Assembly: GCF_021028975.2 (NCBI RefSeq)
Contig: NC_059429.1
Location: forward strand, 70,990,001-71,054,000
DNA from: Sphaerodactylus townsendi
Taxonomy: Eukaryota
Direction of reading: 5' to 3'
Length of the DNA: 64,000 bases
Shown here: positions 25,786 through 37,721 of the stretch, in pieces
How the letters are laid out: each line of letters starts with the position of its first letter
Position numbering within the stretch: the stretch's first letter is position 1
Notes under the pieces: generated by a model
Database searches by the model: none
Seen by the model: only the letters and a program-made list of their open reading frames with translations
What the model was told of the DNA's origin: nothing
Made by a program: the position numbers and the translations under genes

Positions 25786-26791
25786 TCAGGATATTATGTG
25801 TGATTCTCGCTTCTTTCACTTTATCTCACTTTATCTCCTTGTGAGGTAGGCTGTGCCAAGTAGGTAACTAGCCAAAGGTTATCTACCAAGCTTCTTGGTG
25901 GAGTGGTAGTCTGAGTGTGTCAATCTAATCACAGTTCTGCTCTGAAGTATGTTCATGCTTCCTACATGCTGAGATATAACACAGCTACATGTCTGGGCAG
26001 TAGCTGTTCTTTCTGCTTGTATTTGTTCATTTTCATCCTTAATGCTTTGTTTGGCAAGCATGCAAACATGAACAGGTCTTTTTCCCAGAGATGGAGGGAA
26101 TCTCTGAGTTCTTCTTTTAAGTATTCTTTAAAGAAATAATTGCTTTCTATTATAATTTGGAACAGATTCGATTGACATTAAGTCAGGGTGATCTTAAAAC
26201 GCAATACAAGTTGGGTTTTAAACTCAGTAGTGTTCATTCTATAGATCATAGAGAATTGCATTCACATTTACCCTCAACCAAAAGAGCCATATCCACTCTC
26301 ATCCCTGGCATGAGACTTACATCTCAAGGAGGCTTGTGGCTTACCTGTTGTTCTAGCAGTGGCTGTTTCAAAGTGAAAACCACTTGCCTACCACAAAGCC
26401 CTTGCCCTCACGTTGAGGAACAGAAGAGCCACAAATGGCTCCTGAGCCACTGAGTGAATATCACTCTTAACTCTTAACTAAATAGTCATGCTTTTGAGAT
26501 GGACATGAACACTTGTTTCAATTATTTTCTAATTTATTTTGAATTGTTTATCAAGCAATGGTGCATGTATATATTATATAGATAAGATTTTAATAGCATC
26601 ATTTTTTCCACCATGATATAGGTTTGGTGCTATGTTCACACTGTTCCTTTTTAGATCAGTGCAGCATAGGTAGTCAGTTCTTTGATTGCTGGAGGCGAGT
26701 CATTTCACATGTAGGTGAAATCAGATAAGGTTCATGAGATGAGGTTCATATCCCTTCTAAGTATCCACTGAAGTCAGCAAATCCTTTAAGG

Positions 26792-26929
26792 CAGGGGTCT
26801 TCAAACTATGGCCCTCCAGATGTTCATGGACTGCAATTCCCATCAGCCCCTGCCAGCATGGCCAAGTGGTAGGGCTCATGGGAATTGTAGTCTATGAACA
26901 TCTGGAGGGCCATAGTTTGAAGACCCCTG
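26792..26929. mobile_element. palindromic hAT MITE (138 bp)
   Basis: Long TIRs CAGGGGTCTTCAAACTATGGCCCTCCAGATGTTCAT...; perfect 8-bp TSD CTTTAAGG. Confidence 0.92.
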
Positions 26930-27224
26930 CTTTAAGGCCTTGAGATGCAATGATTAAACCCAAGGGACTGCAGATTGTCCCAGGAACCTGTTTCGTAGAA
27001 GCAAGTTCATCATCTATTGAGCTTGCACCTGCTTCAAAAATACACCCATCTGATCCTTCTGGGCATTGTCTGAATACAGAGTATGCAAAAAGCATACCCT
27101 TGGACCAGAAGCCTGACAAATCTTTGAATTCTTGTTTTTAATCTATCGTCATGAAATCAGAAGTTAATGATCATAAGATGCATTCCATGTTGACTTGGAT
27201 AGTCCTTGTTTTTTTCTGCTGCAG

Positions 27225-27412
27225 ATTGCAAAGGTGTTTCTATAACAATAGACCGTTTTGATCCAGGTCGTGAAACAACTGGTGGCTTGGAGAAAATACC
27301 CACTGCACCTCTTCCTGGAGATTTTTTGATTCCATGTACTGTAAGTGCTTGGGGATCTTCCTCAAGCGACATTATAGTACATAATTCTGAAGATTTCAGC
27401 TTATCTTTTAAG
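27225..27412 (+). CDS. STIL: STIL exon 5
   Basis: 188 bp AG/GT; [16 protein letters not shown]...LPGDFLIPC...DFSLSFK. Confidence 0.95.
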
Positions 27413-27788
27413 GTAAGAATTGTTGATATTGAAGATTAGATTTCTTCCATTGTTAATGTTCAGCTGCTATTTACAGTCAATCTCAGAGCAATATAGCAAA
27501 GCAATATGTCATGGTTGTATTTATGTTCTTTATGAAGAATAATTTCCTCTGACCAGTCAATCTCCTTTTCTATTTTTCTCCATTCAGCTGCTGCAGCTCT
27601 TTATCTTGGGATAGTAAGATCATCTCTGGACTATCATATCCCCTTTCTTTGGTGCTGTTTTCAGCTGAGGCTCCTTCACTTCCCAAGTGAAAAAGCCTGA
27701 CCTAGAAAGGGTCCTCCTTAAGCCTTGTACAAATACTAGTAATGTTATGTCTGTGACTGATCTTGATTATATTTATATCTGTTTGTAG

Positions 27789-28036
27789 ATACTTCAACAG
27801 AATTTGAATGGCCGTGACTTTCTGGATCCTTCCAAATTGCTTACCTTAAGAGTTTATATCTCTTCTGCAGAGAATATGGACAATCTAAATTTTGTCTTTC
27901 ACTGGGCCGCTGTTACATTGGCTAATATTTTAAAATACACTCCTGTGAATTCTGTTCCAATCATTCCTACAGCACTTGCCAGAAACCTAAATAGCCATAT
28001 GAGCATTGCACAAGTTCAGGGGACCTGCAAATGTGG
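27789..28036 (+). CDS. STIL: STIL exon 6
   Basis: 248 bp AG/GT; ...HWAAVTLAN...PIIPTALARNL...QVQGTCKC(G). Confidence 0.95.
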
Positions 28037-29129
28037 GTAAGTTAAGGTATCACATTCAAACATTTCAGTTGCTTACATGTAGCTTCTGCTTATTTGAGCT
28101 ATCAAAAGTGGAAGAAATCACATTACAGTGAGTACCTTCTTCCATTCTGGCAGCATCCATCTGTCTCTAAGTCAATTACCGATATATAAGAAGTTAATCC
28201 TTCCTGTTTTTCTGCATAAATAACTAGTGAATGGCACTTCTTAACTGCAAATGGAATGGCCTGCTATATAATAACCTATGTCTTGTAGATATCTTCACTG
28301 ATTTTGACTTGAATAATTTTATATTTTAATATTTATGTTTTATGATATTGCATGTGTTCTAGGATTGTTTTTACTATGACAGCTGTGTATAGAATATTTA
28401 AGAGTAATGCTGCAGGACACTTTAAAAATGTTTACTGGCTAGAAAATGTTTAATGATCTCCCACATGGTAACTTCTCTAGGCAATACATTCAAACTTTTC
28501 TTGCCATGTAGATTGACAGCTGTTCTGTGAATAATTTCCATAATGATGCTACATGGTGGTGGTTATAAAAGCTCTCTTTATGGTACTGTCTGTTGTGGGG
28601 TTGTTGTTGTTTTTTGCACTGTGTGGCCTGGTCTGGATGTTTATGCTCCTAGCATCATCCCTACATTTTTTAAATTAAATTTTTATTTTATTCAATGTAT
28701 GGGGTCCCTTCCTCCATACAGGCTCGGGGTGGCTTATACAGCACTGGTTTATAACAATAACATTTATAAAACATAATCATCTATATTCTGATATTATCAA
28801 TCGCCTCGGAGAGATGGACAGTCCAATTAAGTTATACCCCCAATAAAACCCACATTCACACTATGCGCTGAAGAAGGGAAGGAAACAATGAGGGAAGGAA
28901 GAGAAAGGGAGGCCAACTAGATACCTTTGCTACCTCAGCCATAAGTCTGAAAGAACAGCTCTATCTTACAGGCCCTGCAAAACTAAAACTTGCAGGGCCT
29001 GGTTCTCACTTGATAGAACGTTCTACCATGCCAGAGTCAAAAAAGCTCTGGTCCTGGCTGAGCTAAGCAGATTTTGTGCCAAGGACCACCAGCCCCGACT
29101 GTACCACCAAAAGAAAACACATTTTACAG

Positions 29130-29262
29130 TGACATGCCTCTGAAGATGCCAGTCATATATGTGGGTAAAATGTTAGGAACTAAAACTACCAGACCACAGC
29201 CATACAATTTGAAAAACCCACAACAGTCCGTTGATTCCAGCTGTGAAAACCTGGACAATACC
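29130..29262 (+). mobile_element. Penelope-like terminal repeat fragment; related copy at ~100-200
   Basis: CCTCTGAAGATGCC...ACTACCAGACCACAGCC...CCCACAACAG...; degenerate hammerhead-like core. Confidence 0.65.
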
Positions 29263-29607
29263 TTTGTGATAGCTATGACTCCTGTCTTTCCCGGGTATAG
29301 TTTCAGTTTACTCATTCTTACCCTTTAACCCAGCAACACATCCAACAGTGATTTGCAATCCTTGCATGTTTTGGAAGTTACTTCTGTTTTTTCATGATGT
29401 TGATAAAAGAAGACATTGGAGGCATTAATTAATGGCTTTGGAATTATTGTAATGCTCCCTTAAGTATTTTTGTTATAACTCTCTCTGAGATTTTGTTATT
29501 TGGGATGGCAGTATAAGGTATAAATGTTATTAATTTTTACAGTTTTTGCCTAAATGACTTAAGAATTAACTATTGTAAGTCAGCAATATGTACATTCTTG
29601 CTTACAG

Positions 29608-29691
29608 ATACCTTACAATGGACCAGACCAGGAAACTGCTTCTAGTTCTGGAGTCTGACCCTAAAGTTTACACGATGCCATTAATTGGCAT
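29608..29691 (+). CDS. STIL: STIL exon 7
   Basis: 84 bp AG/GT; [27 protein letters not shown](I). Confidence 0.95.
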
Positions 29692-29831
29692 GTAAGTATT
29701 TTTCCTAAATTCTTTCTTCGATGGTTTTAGTTGTTAAGATGCAATATATGTTCATGTTTCGATAATCTATTCTGTTTGAGGAAACATCTGATAAAGCATT
29801 CATTCCATCAATGTTATTTTAATCTCTTTAG

Positions 29832-29918
29832 TTGGTTGAGTGGAATCACTCATATCTTCAGTCCACAAGTCTGGACCTACAGCCTGCGATACTTATACAA
29901 TTCCTCAATTCAAGAAAG
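29832..29918 (+). CDS. STIL: STIL exon 8
   Basis: 87 bp AG/GT; [28 protein letters not shown](R). Confidence 0.95.
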
Positions 29919-32631
29919 GTAATTAAAAATAGTTATTTTTAAAAGTTTCTGAGTAATCAACAGGGATCACTCTAGAGCTTGTATACCATCAAAATTCCTA
30001 TGAATGAATTGTGGTAAATAAATGGTCTTGATCTAATGCTCAGGGAACATTGAGCTATGTCAGCAGGAGTTTTATCATTCACTTTGGTATTGGGAACAAC
30101 TTGTAATACCCTGGCGTTATGCATATGAAACTATCCATTTGCTGTTGAAGTGAATACACTTGATCTGCAACCATTTTGTGTATGCATTCACTTAGTACTT
30201 AGAGGTCAATTATGCATAAGGTATCTACTGCACGATGGGGACAAATGTCTGTCTTTATGCAGCAGGGTATTTCCTCAAACTCTGTTCTCACTTTCTAGTC
30301 TCCCTGCCAGTTCACATGTTGCACAAATGTAATTTTTCTTTGCCACCAGAACACGGAGATTTTCCACTAAAAAGCTTTGCCCCGGATCTCTTCTCTTCAC
30401 CCTTGGCCAGCCTACCTGGCTCCATCCTTTCCACTCATTGCATTGTCATCCATGTCTTTACCCTTGCCCCATTGTTGCTGGCTCCTTCCTGCTTCACTAG
30501 TGCTCATTTCAATATGTCAGTGCATTGATAAACAAAGTTGACTTTTGCAAGGAATAGCACAAGCAGGGTTTGTTTCTGACTCCGGTACCCCTCTCCCGCT
30601 CTGCTTCTGTCCTCCCTAATGATCAGGAGGACTTTTAAAAACTTTTTTCCAGACAAGCCTCTTTTTAGAAACAAGCCCTCTCTCCCACTGCAGCAGCGAG
30701 AGAGAGTCTGTGGAAGGGAAGGGGAGTATTGGAACTACTGAGGGTTATGTGATCTGTGCCTTTAAGAAGGGCAGAGTTCAGAGAACCCAGAAACAGAGGC
30801 CTGTTGAGACTAGCTGCAGGAGAGGCCTGGGCTGCTTCCTCATGTGTAAACAGAAACATGAGGAGACCACACTTCAGCCCCACCATGTAGCTAAAAGGCC
30901 CAAGGTAAGTGTTCCATGAGTAATGGGACAATGGATGTGTGTTTCCACCTTGACTTGTCCCTCCACAGAAGTTATAACTACCAGTAGTTATAGTACTCTT
31001 ATTCTGCATGAATCTATATTCTGATGTTGCTGTTAACTGAAAATTGTGCTTGTACTGTTTTGGAGCAGGCACAAGTGGGGATTTATTTATAAGTATTTTT
31101 ATCCTGCCTTATACCAATATCTCTAGGAGGCATACATATGTTAAAAACAATTTAACCCCTCCCTAAATATAACAATTAAAACAACCATTAAAATAGCCTT
31201 AAAATAACCCCAATCCCCACGTTCACCCCATAGACAAACAGCTGTAGAGATGGGGTTTCAGAGTGGCTTACCAAATGCCTGGGCAAAAAATGCCTGCCAT
31301 GAAGATTTTCAAAAAGTAAGGTTTTCTATTATTAAGGTTAATCGCATGGTGAATCGCTTGAGGGAGACTATTTTAGAGGCTTTTTGCAATTCCCAGTTCC
31401 CAAGCCTGTTGTGAAGAATGATTCTCATCTAGAGTTCCACTCTGAAAGCCATTTGATTAACATTGGAGGACTAGTAACATGAAAGCTATTACCAGCAATG
31501 CCAGCAGCAACAATCAAGCAATCATTTTTTACTTGCTGAGGTCAAATGACTAAGAATAAACTGAACTTCCAACAAAACAGTGTGTTGCCAGTCTTATGGA
31601 CCAGCATTTGCTTTGGAGGGTTTTACCTTCCACATGAATTTCAGCTTTCTTTGATGGACACTATGAAGAGCTGTGAAGTCTTCTAGATCAAGAACTGTTT
31701 GAGAAACATGCCTTTTATCTTTTCAGTGTGTAAGTTCTTCCCTTTTTTGGTGGCTGCTCTGGTCACTCTGATGCATGGAACATGAACTTCAATGCCTGAT
31801 TTTTATAACATGTTGTACATGGTGCTGTCTTTGAAAAGTATCGAGAAGTATAATTGGTGTACTATGTAGCAGTCTATGTTATTTGAGGAGGGCTACATAG
31901 ATAATATTACACCTGTTTTGTAATTTTTGTGCTGGTTGCCTATTGGTTTCTGATACAAGATGCTGATGGTTGCCTTAAAGTCCTTCACAACCTATGGCCC
32001 ATGCACTTGAAGGGCTTTTTTTCCTGGTGTGATCTGGTGCAGCAGGTTTGTTTAGCACATCAATTTTTAAAATTAATCTTTCAACCCTCAAGTATATATT
32101 CTGCAGCTGCCCATTAGTGGGCTTTTTTCTGGTTGCTCGTGTAATGAAATAGCCTTTTGAAGCAAGTTTGAAGGTCTATATCTCTCTTACAGTTTCAGAT
32201 GGCTTGAGGTGCCAAAGGGAGGGTCCAAATCTGCTCTTGGGAGAGGTGCGCTGCCACACTGTCAGATTCACTTTCCCCAGGGAACTTACCCAGGGCAATC
32301 CCACTGACATGTGGGCACCACCACTCGCCCCACTGTGCATGGTGCTGGATGCCACACCAGCATCCAGGGGCCCTTCCACCACTAGCGTAGCAGGGGTGGG
32401 CCGGGGGCATGGACTTAAGTTTGGACTTAAGTCACCCTTTTGGATTGTGTAAATCCATTGCAGCTCATTGAGACTTCTCAGCAGTGGGAAGACTTTTACA
32501 CTTTGCGAGCCTTGTCATGCAACTAGGAAGTCTCTGTAGGACTAGCGGGTCAGTACTGCATGCAGCCTGCCATTTTGATGGGGCTGCCTGACTCTTTTAA
32601 AATCCCATTTTACAAGACAGTTGCTCTCCAA

Positions 32632-33803
32632 ACAGTGCCCTGTCGATTAATTATAACAAATCCAAAGTGCTGATCTTTTCGAATTCAAAAAAACTCAGCA
32701 CGTGGAAAATAAACGGTACATTGATTGAACAGGTCCATTCATACAGATATTTAGGAATCACCTTCCATCATTCCTTAACCTGGACCTCTCATATCCACCA
32801 GACTCTCAATACAAGTAAAATCAAAGTGTTGGCAATATCCAGATTTTTTCACACCAGAGGCGGTCAATTTTTTCCTGCCGCAATGGAAGTTTTTCAGTTA
32901 AAACTACTGCCACAATTACTTTACGGAGCTCCAATCTGGGGAGCAAAAACCGCTGAGAAATTAGAGAGTGTTCAATCTTTGTTTCTTCGTTGTTTATTGG
33001 GTCTTCCAAACTCAGTCACGTATCAAGTTCTTTGTTTAGAAACCGGAGCCAAGACAATTTTTTCCCGGGTTTGGCTCTCTTTGTTTAAATACTGGCTTCG
33101 CCTTCATTATAGAGCCCTCCCGGGCAGTCTCACATATTTTCTGTTAGCGACCACTTCCACTCCACCTGGCACACCAAAATTATCAAGCAAATAAACAACA
33201 TAGGTGTATCTTTTGACCAACTCCTACTGATGGACGAAAGACAGGCTTTCGGAGTTTTGAAACAACGTACTCTTGACATTGAAGGGCAGCTTCTCACAGC
33301 TGGAGCCTGCAGAACTTGTTCTCCCACATTTTATGGCATTTCACCACCATTGCCGGGTTTTATGGCTAAATATATGAGTAATTTAATCAATCCACATCTC
33401 CGCAGATATTTTATGCTTGCTCGGCTAAATGTGTTACCGACTGCCCAAACAAGAGGCAGATATCATGGCATCCCACAGGAGAACAGGACTTGTTCCTGTG
33501 CAGCGGGCCTACCCGAAACAACTGAACACGTGCTCCTTCATTGCAAAGATTTGGCAGTCTATCGGTTGCTTTTTCTCGAGGCCATCTTGAAGAAATTTTC
33601 AGTGAGATCAGACAAGGAAATAGTTTCACACCTGCTTAGTGACCATCATCCCCACACTACTGAATCAGTTGCCAGGTTTTTAACAAAGGCACTTGGATCA
33701 AGAGTGAAACCTTTGTGTAAATTTTAGTCAATTGGTTTTAACATAATCTGTATTTTACCACTCTTTATATGCCATTAAAGGTTTTGTATTTGTATTTGTT
33801 GTT
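32632..33803 (+). mobile_element. 5'-truncated non-LTR retrotransposon (RTEX/RTE-like) with 160-bp TSD
   Basis: RT thumb YRYLGITF, LLYGAPIWG and C-terminal C-x-C...ETTEHVLLHC knuckle; one frameshift near 33143; (TTGTAT)n tail; identical flanks 32472-32631 and 33804-33963. Confidence 0.9.
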
Positions 33804-34215
33804 GACTTCTCAGCAGTGGGAAGACTTTTACACTTTGCGAGCCTTGTCATGCAACTAGGAAGTCTCTGTAGGACTAGCGGGTCAGTACTGCATGCAGCCT
33901 GCCATTTTGATGGGGCTGCCTGACTCTTTTAAAATCCCATTTTACAAGACAGTTGCTCTCCAAGTTTCTTTAAAGGCAGTGATCTCTTTTTGTCAGGTGT
34001 TTAATTTTGTTGTTTTTGGAATTATGCTAATTTTATTGGGGTTCCAGTTATCTGGTAGAAGGATGAGTTTATGAATGTTTTAAATAGACCAAAAATTAAT
34101 TTTTATTTACCTTGAAACAGGACTATACTTCTTTGAATTTATGTCTAGAATGTATGCTTCATTTCCTATATTTTTTTCCCAAAAAATAATTTAATTGATT
34201 ATCTTTCTTCTTTAG

Positions 34216-34360
34216 GGTACTTTCGGAATCAGGAAGTTTTCTTATAGTTCTTTATTCTATGATACATAGAGATCCAGAGTTTTATGAATGCCTTCCTTGT
34301 GGACTTACTGAATTTGGTTTCCAACTACTTACAAGCAAGGAAACATTACATCTATTCAAA
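34216..34360 (+). CDS. STIL: STIL exon 9
   Basis: 145 bp AG/GT; [48 protein letters not shown]. Confidence 0.95.
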
Positions 34361-34592
34361 GTAAGTGATTGATTGTTTTTCCCCTAGTTTATATTAGAGA
34401 GATTACTGGAATGTGGTTGTCGGGTTGATTAAAATGTCATTCTTTCAGAAGAAGACATCAATATAATTGAAACTTGCAGATCTAAGATCATGGCCAATCA
34501 TTGGGACCCAAATATGAGGGGGCATTACTTTAAACAATCACATGGAGATTAAAACCTGATTGAATTAAAACAGCACATTAACTACTAAGTCA

Positions 34593-35796
34593 GAGCTTTT
34601 TTTGACTACTGTGATCTCAACAAACTAAAACTAAACAGTGAGAAGTCAAAAATAATCGTATTTTCCAAAAACTGGCGTCCTCTTTCCTGGAAAATCAGCA
34701 ATATTGAGATCAAGCAGGTACAATCTTTTAAATATTTAGGGATCACTTTTCAATACAATTTAAAATGGTCCCTTCATAGATCCTGCTTAATCTCATCAAC
34801 CAGACGTACCATGTCTGGCATAATCCAATTTTACTACGGAAAAGGAAACCAATCAGTAAAAGCCGTATTAAAAATTTTCCAAGCAAAGTTGTTGCCTAAA
34901 ATCCTCTACGGCATCCCAATTTGGATAAGCGATTTCCAACGTGATGTTGAACAAATCCAAGCATATTTTCTGAGAAGGATTTTGGGAGTCCCGAATAGTG
35001 TTACCTATCCAACTTTATGTCTCGAAGTTGGCCTCTCATATGTGGAAACAGAAGCTTGGATTGCCACCATAAAGTATTGGCTCAAAATACATTTTAGATC
35101 ACTTTCAGGTGATATAAACTCAAACCTTTTTAAAGACAATTTTCAATTCTATTGGTTCAAAGTCATTGAGAACAAAATCAGAACCATAGGATTTGATTTG
35201 GACAATGTCGGGACTGATAGTGAACTGCATATTTTCAATCAGGATCCGTGAAAGACTGAGGGATCTGGAACATCATTGTTTCTATCCAACAAAGGCGGCT
35301 GTATGCTCTCCCCGCTCCCTCGGAATACAACCAAGTTACAGAGCAAGAGCTAAATATCTCTCATCTCTGTTATCCATCAACCAACGTCGTGCATTCATGC
35401 TAGCACGCCTCAATATTTTCCCATCAGCAGAAACCTCAGGGAGATACCTCCAGATCCCTAAACATCAGAGACTATGCCGTTGCGGATGTGGATCTATAGA
35501 AACCATAACCCATATTCTTCTGGAATGCTGTCTTCACAGTAACCTGCGCGTGATTTTAATTCACCCTCTGCTGCTTCCAAGACTTGAGCACTCCAAGTTC
35601 CAGGCCACTCGCTTTCTGCTAAGTGACTGTAATCCATCGATCACCTTGGCAGTGGCTAAATTCTTGGAAAGCATTTTAAATACCCATATTTAAATGTTTT
35701 AAAAGTTTTCTCCTTTAAATGTTTTAAAAGTTTTCTCTTTTCTCTTTTAAATGGAAATAATTTGTATGCCATTAAAGGTTAAAATGAAATGAAATG
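34593..35796 (+). mobile_element. 5'-truncated non-LTR retrotransposon (RTEX/RTE-like) with 13-bp TSD
   Basis: FKYLGITF, ILYGIPIW, CRCGCGSIETITHILLEC; frameshift near 35240; (AAATG)n tail; TSD AACTACTAAGTCA at 34580-34592 and 35797-35809. Confidence 0.9.
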
Positions 35797-36175
35797 AACT
35801 ACTAAGTCACAGTGCTACTTGACAACTGAATGTGTTCGCAAGGCACATCCCTCATTCTCTAAGGAAGACGTTGAGGTTTATTTGTTTATTCCAGGTTCAA
35901 AGTGAAACATAGTTAATATATTCACTTCTATTTAAAATAATCTGATCATTCCAGATCTGATTAAGCAAAACATTAAATAAACAACATAGAACACTGGCAA
36001 ACCCTATAGAAACTCATCCTGTATAAGCATACATATTATTCCTATTCTGCCTAAATTGACTTTTAGAAAAAGGTTGCATTTCAAAGTTTCGTTCAGCACT
36101 TTGCTAAAAAGGGGGAAAGCAGATTTCAGGGAATTCCAGATCTGAGCGATTCAGAGATTCTAGGTACAGCTTGTA

Positions 36176-37211
36176 TCTATATAAACGTGAAATACCACTG
36201 ACTGACTCACTGACTCATCAAAAGAACTAAAAAACCACAGAACCTACAAAGTTGAAATTTGGCCCACTGGCTCATTATGTGGTTTAGGTGCTCACTATGA
36301 AAGGATTTTTCAAAATATTCAGTTTTACTCGAGTTATTACACATTTACTGTTTTCACTGCTCATCTCTGCCCATCTGCATGAACATTCTAAGGGCAAACC
36401 CACCACTCAGTCCACAGACATGCTGCATGAACATTCTAAGGGTGACAGTTCAACACCACCAGCTTCATGTCCTTCACCAACTGCACTCTACCACCACCCT
36501 CCACAACACATGTGAACCTATTTGAAAACAAACCCATCAGTCCACAGACAGACTGTGAGGAAATATGCTGCATGTCACCCCAAAGTTAAAAGACAGGCTG
36601 CAAAAAAGTACTCCTCCACCTGCCCTCACATTAACAACACTGCTACAGCCAAATACTATTAAAATACATTACAAACCACACTATCACCTTGGACTACTAA
36701 ACATTTGTCGGGTTTTGCATATGGACATCAGATTGCTTACTGTGGAGACAAGTTTATTGCTCTCGGCCTCTGATCGTCCTGTGCTGTGTCGTGCTCTGAA
36801 GTCTCCAGGAATGTGCTGCAGTGGCAGTACAGTCCAGCTCCCTGCCCTTCAACCCTACCCTGAACCTCTTCACAGCCTTCTCACTCATCAGCATCCAATG
36901 GCAGAACACTTCCGAAAATAAAACGGCTGCTTCCAAATGACGTCTTTTGGAGCCCACCAGGTGAAAGAGAGCAATTTCCTGCCAACATACAAAGTGCACA
37001 GACAGGTGTACTGAATGCTGAATGTCACCCTGAAATTCATAGAGAGGCTGTGATGAAGTATGCTGAATGTCATCCCGAGGCTAACAGACAGGCTGTGAAA
37101 AAGTATTCCTTGACCAACCCTCACGTTAACCAGACCACTACAGCCAATTACAATCAAAACAGATTACAAACATACTACAAACTACGTAGCGAAGCACAGG
37201 CATCCTGCTAG
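36176..37211 (+). mobile_element. internally deleted Helitron (rolling-circle transposon)
   Basis: A|TC 5' end, CTAG|T 3' end, no TSD; internal RepHel remnant GMCCSG..VQLP..PEPL..HFRK*NGCFQMTSFGA..FLPTYKVHRQVY (~36800-37012). Confidence 0.85.
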
Positions 37212-37213
37212 TA

Positions 37214-37721
37214 CTTTATATACTCGCATATAAGTCTACTTTTTCAGCACATTTTTTGTGCTGAAAAAAGCCCCCCTTGACTTATACACGAGTGAACGGC
37301 TGAGCTTGCAGACCTGCAAAAAAAAACCCCTTGCTTTGGGGCAGCGGCTGCCATTACCACGCAAGAATCTTCACTGTGTAATGATAAGCTATCCGTGTTG
37401 AAGGAGAACCTGTAGGGACTTGTTAAAAGGGGGATCTTGTTGAGCATCTTCCCTATGAAACTCTGAAGAGATACTGTCTGTGAGAGTTATATATTCCACT
37501 TCAGAACTTTTGAAGTTATTGTTGATACCATACTGTTTTTCTTTGAAATACATATTCAAAAACATTTTTTTGGTATCTATTTTTATTTTTGAAATTTACC
37601 AGTAGCTGCTGCATTTCCCACCCTTGTCTTATACTCGAGTCAACAAGTTTTCCCAGTTTTCTGTGATAAAATTAGGTGCCTCGACTTATACTCAGGTCGA
37701 CTTATAGGCCAGTATATACAG
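37214..37721. mobile_element. non-autonomous Tc1/mariner-superfamily (Tc2/pogo-like) DNA transposon
   Basis: Imperfect TIRs CTTTATATACTCGCATATAAGTC / GACTTATAGGCCAGTATATACAG with TA on both sides; internal GACTTATACTC repeats. Confidence 0.7.

Noticed and set aside
29136-29175. Active hammerhead ribozyme in Penelope ends (also ~108-145 and ~25700)
   Set aside because: The CUGANGA/GAAA core is mutated in these copies; unlikely to be functional.
30060-32160. Possible old minus-strand RTE/L2 LINE fragments in STIL intron 8
   Set aside because: Too degraded to assign boundaries or family by eye.
32472-33963. LTR retrotransposon interpretation of the 160-bp direct repeats
   Set aside because: No TG...CA ends, PBS or PPT; the interior is a non-LTR RT C-terminus with a simple-repeat tail abutting the second repeat.
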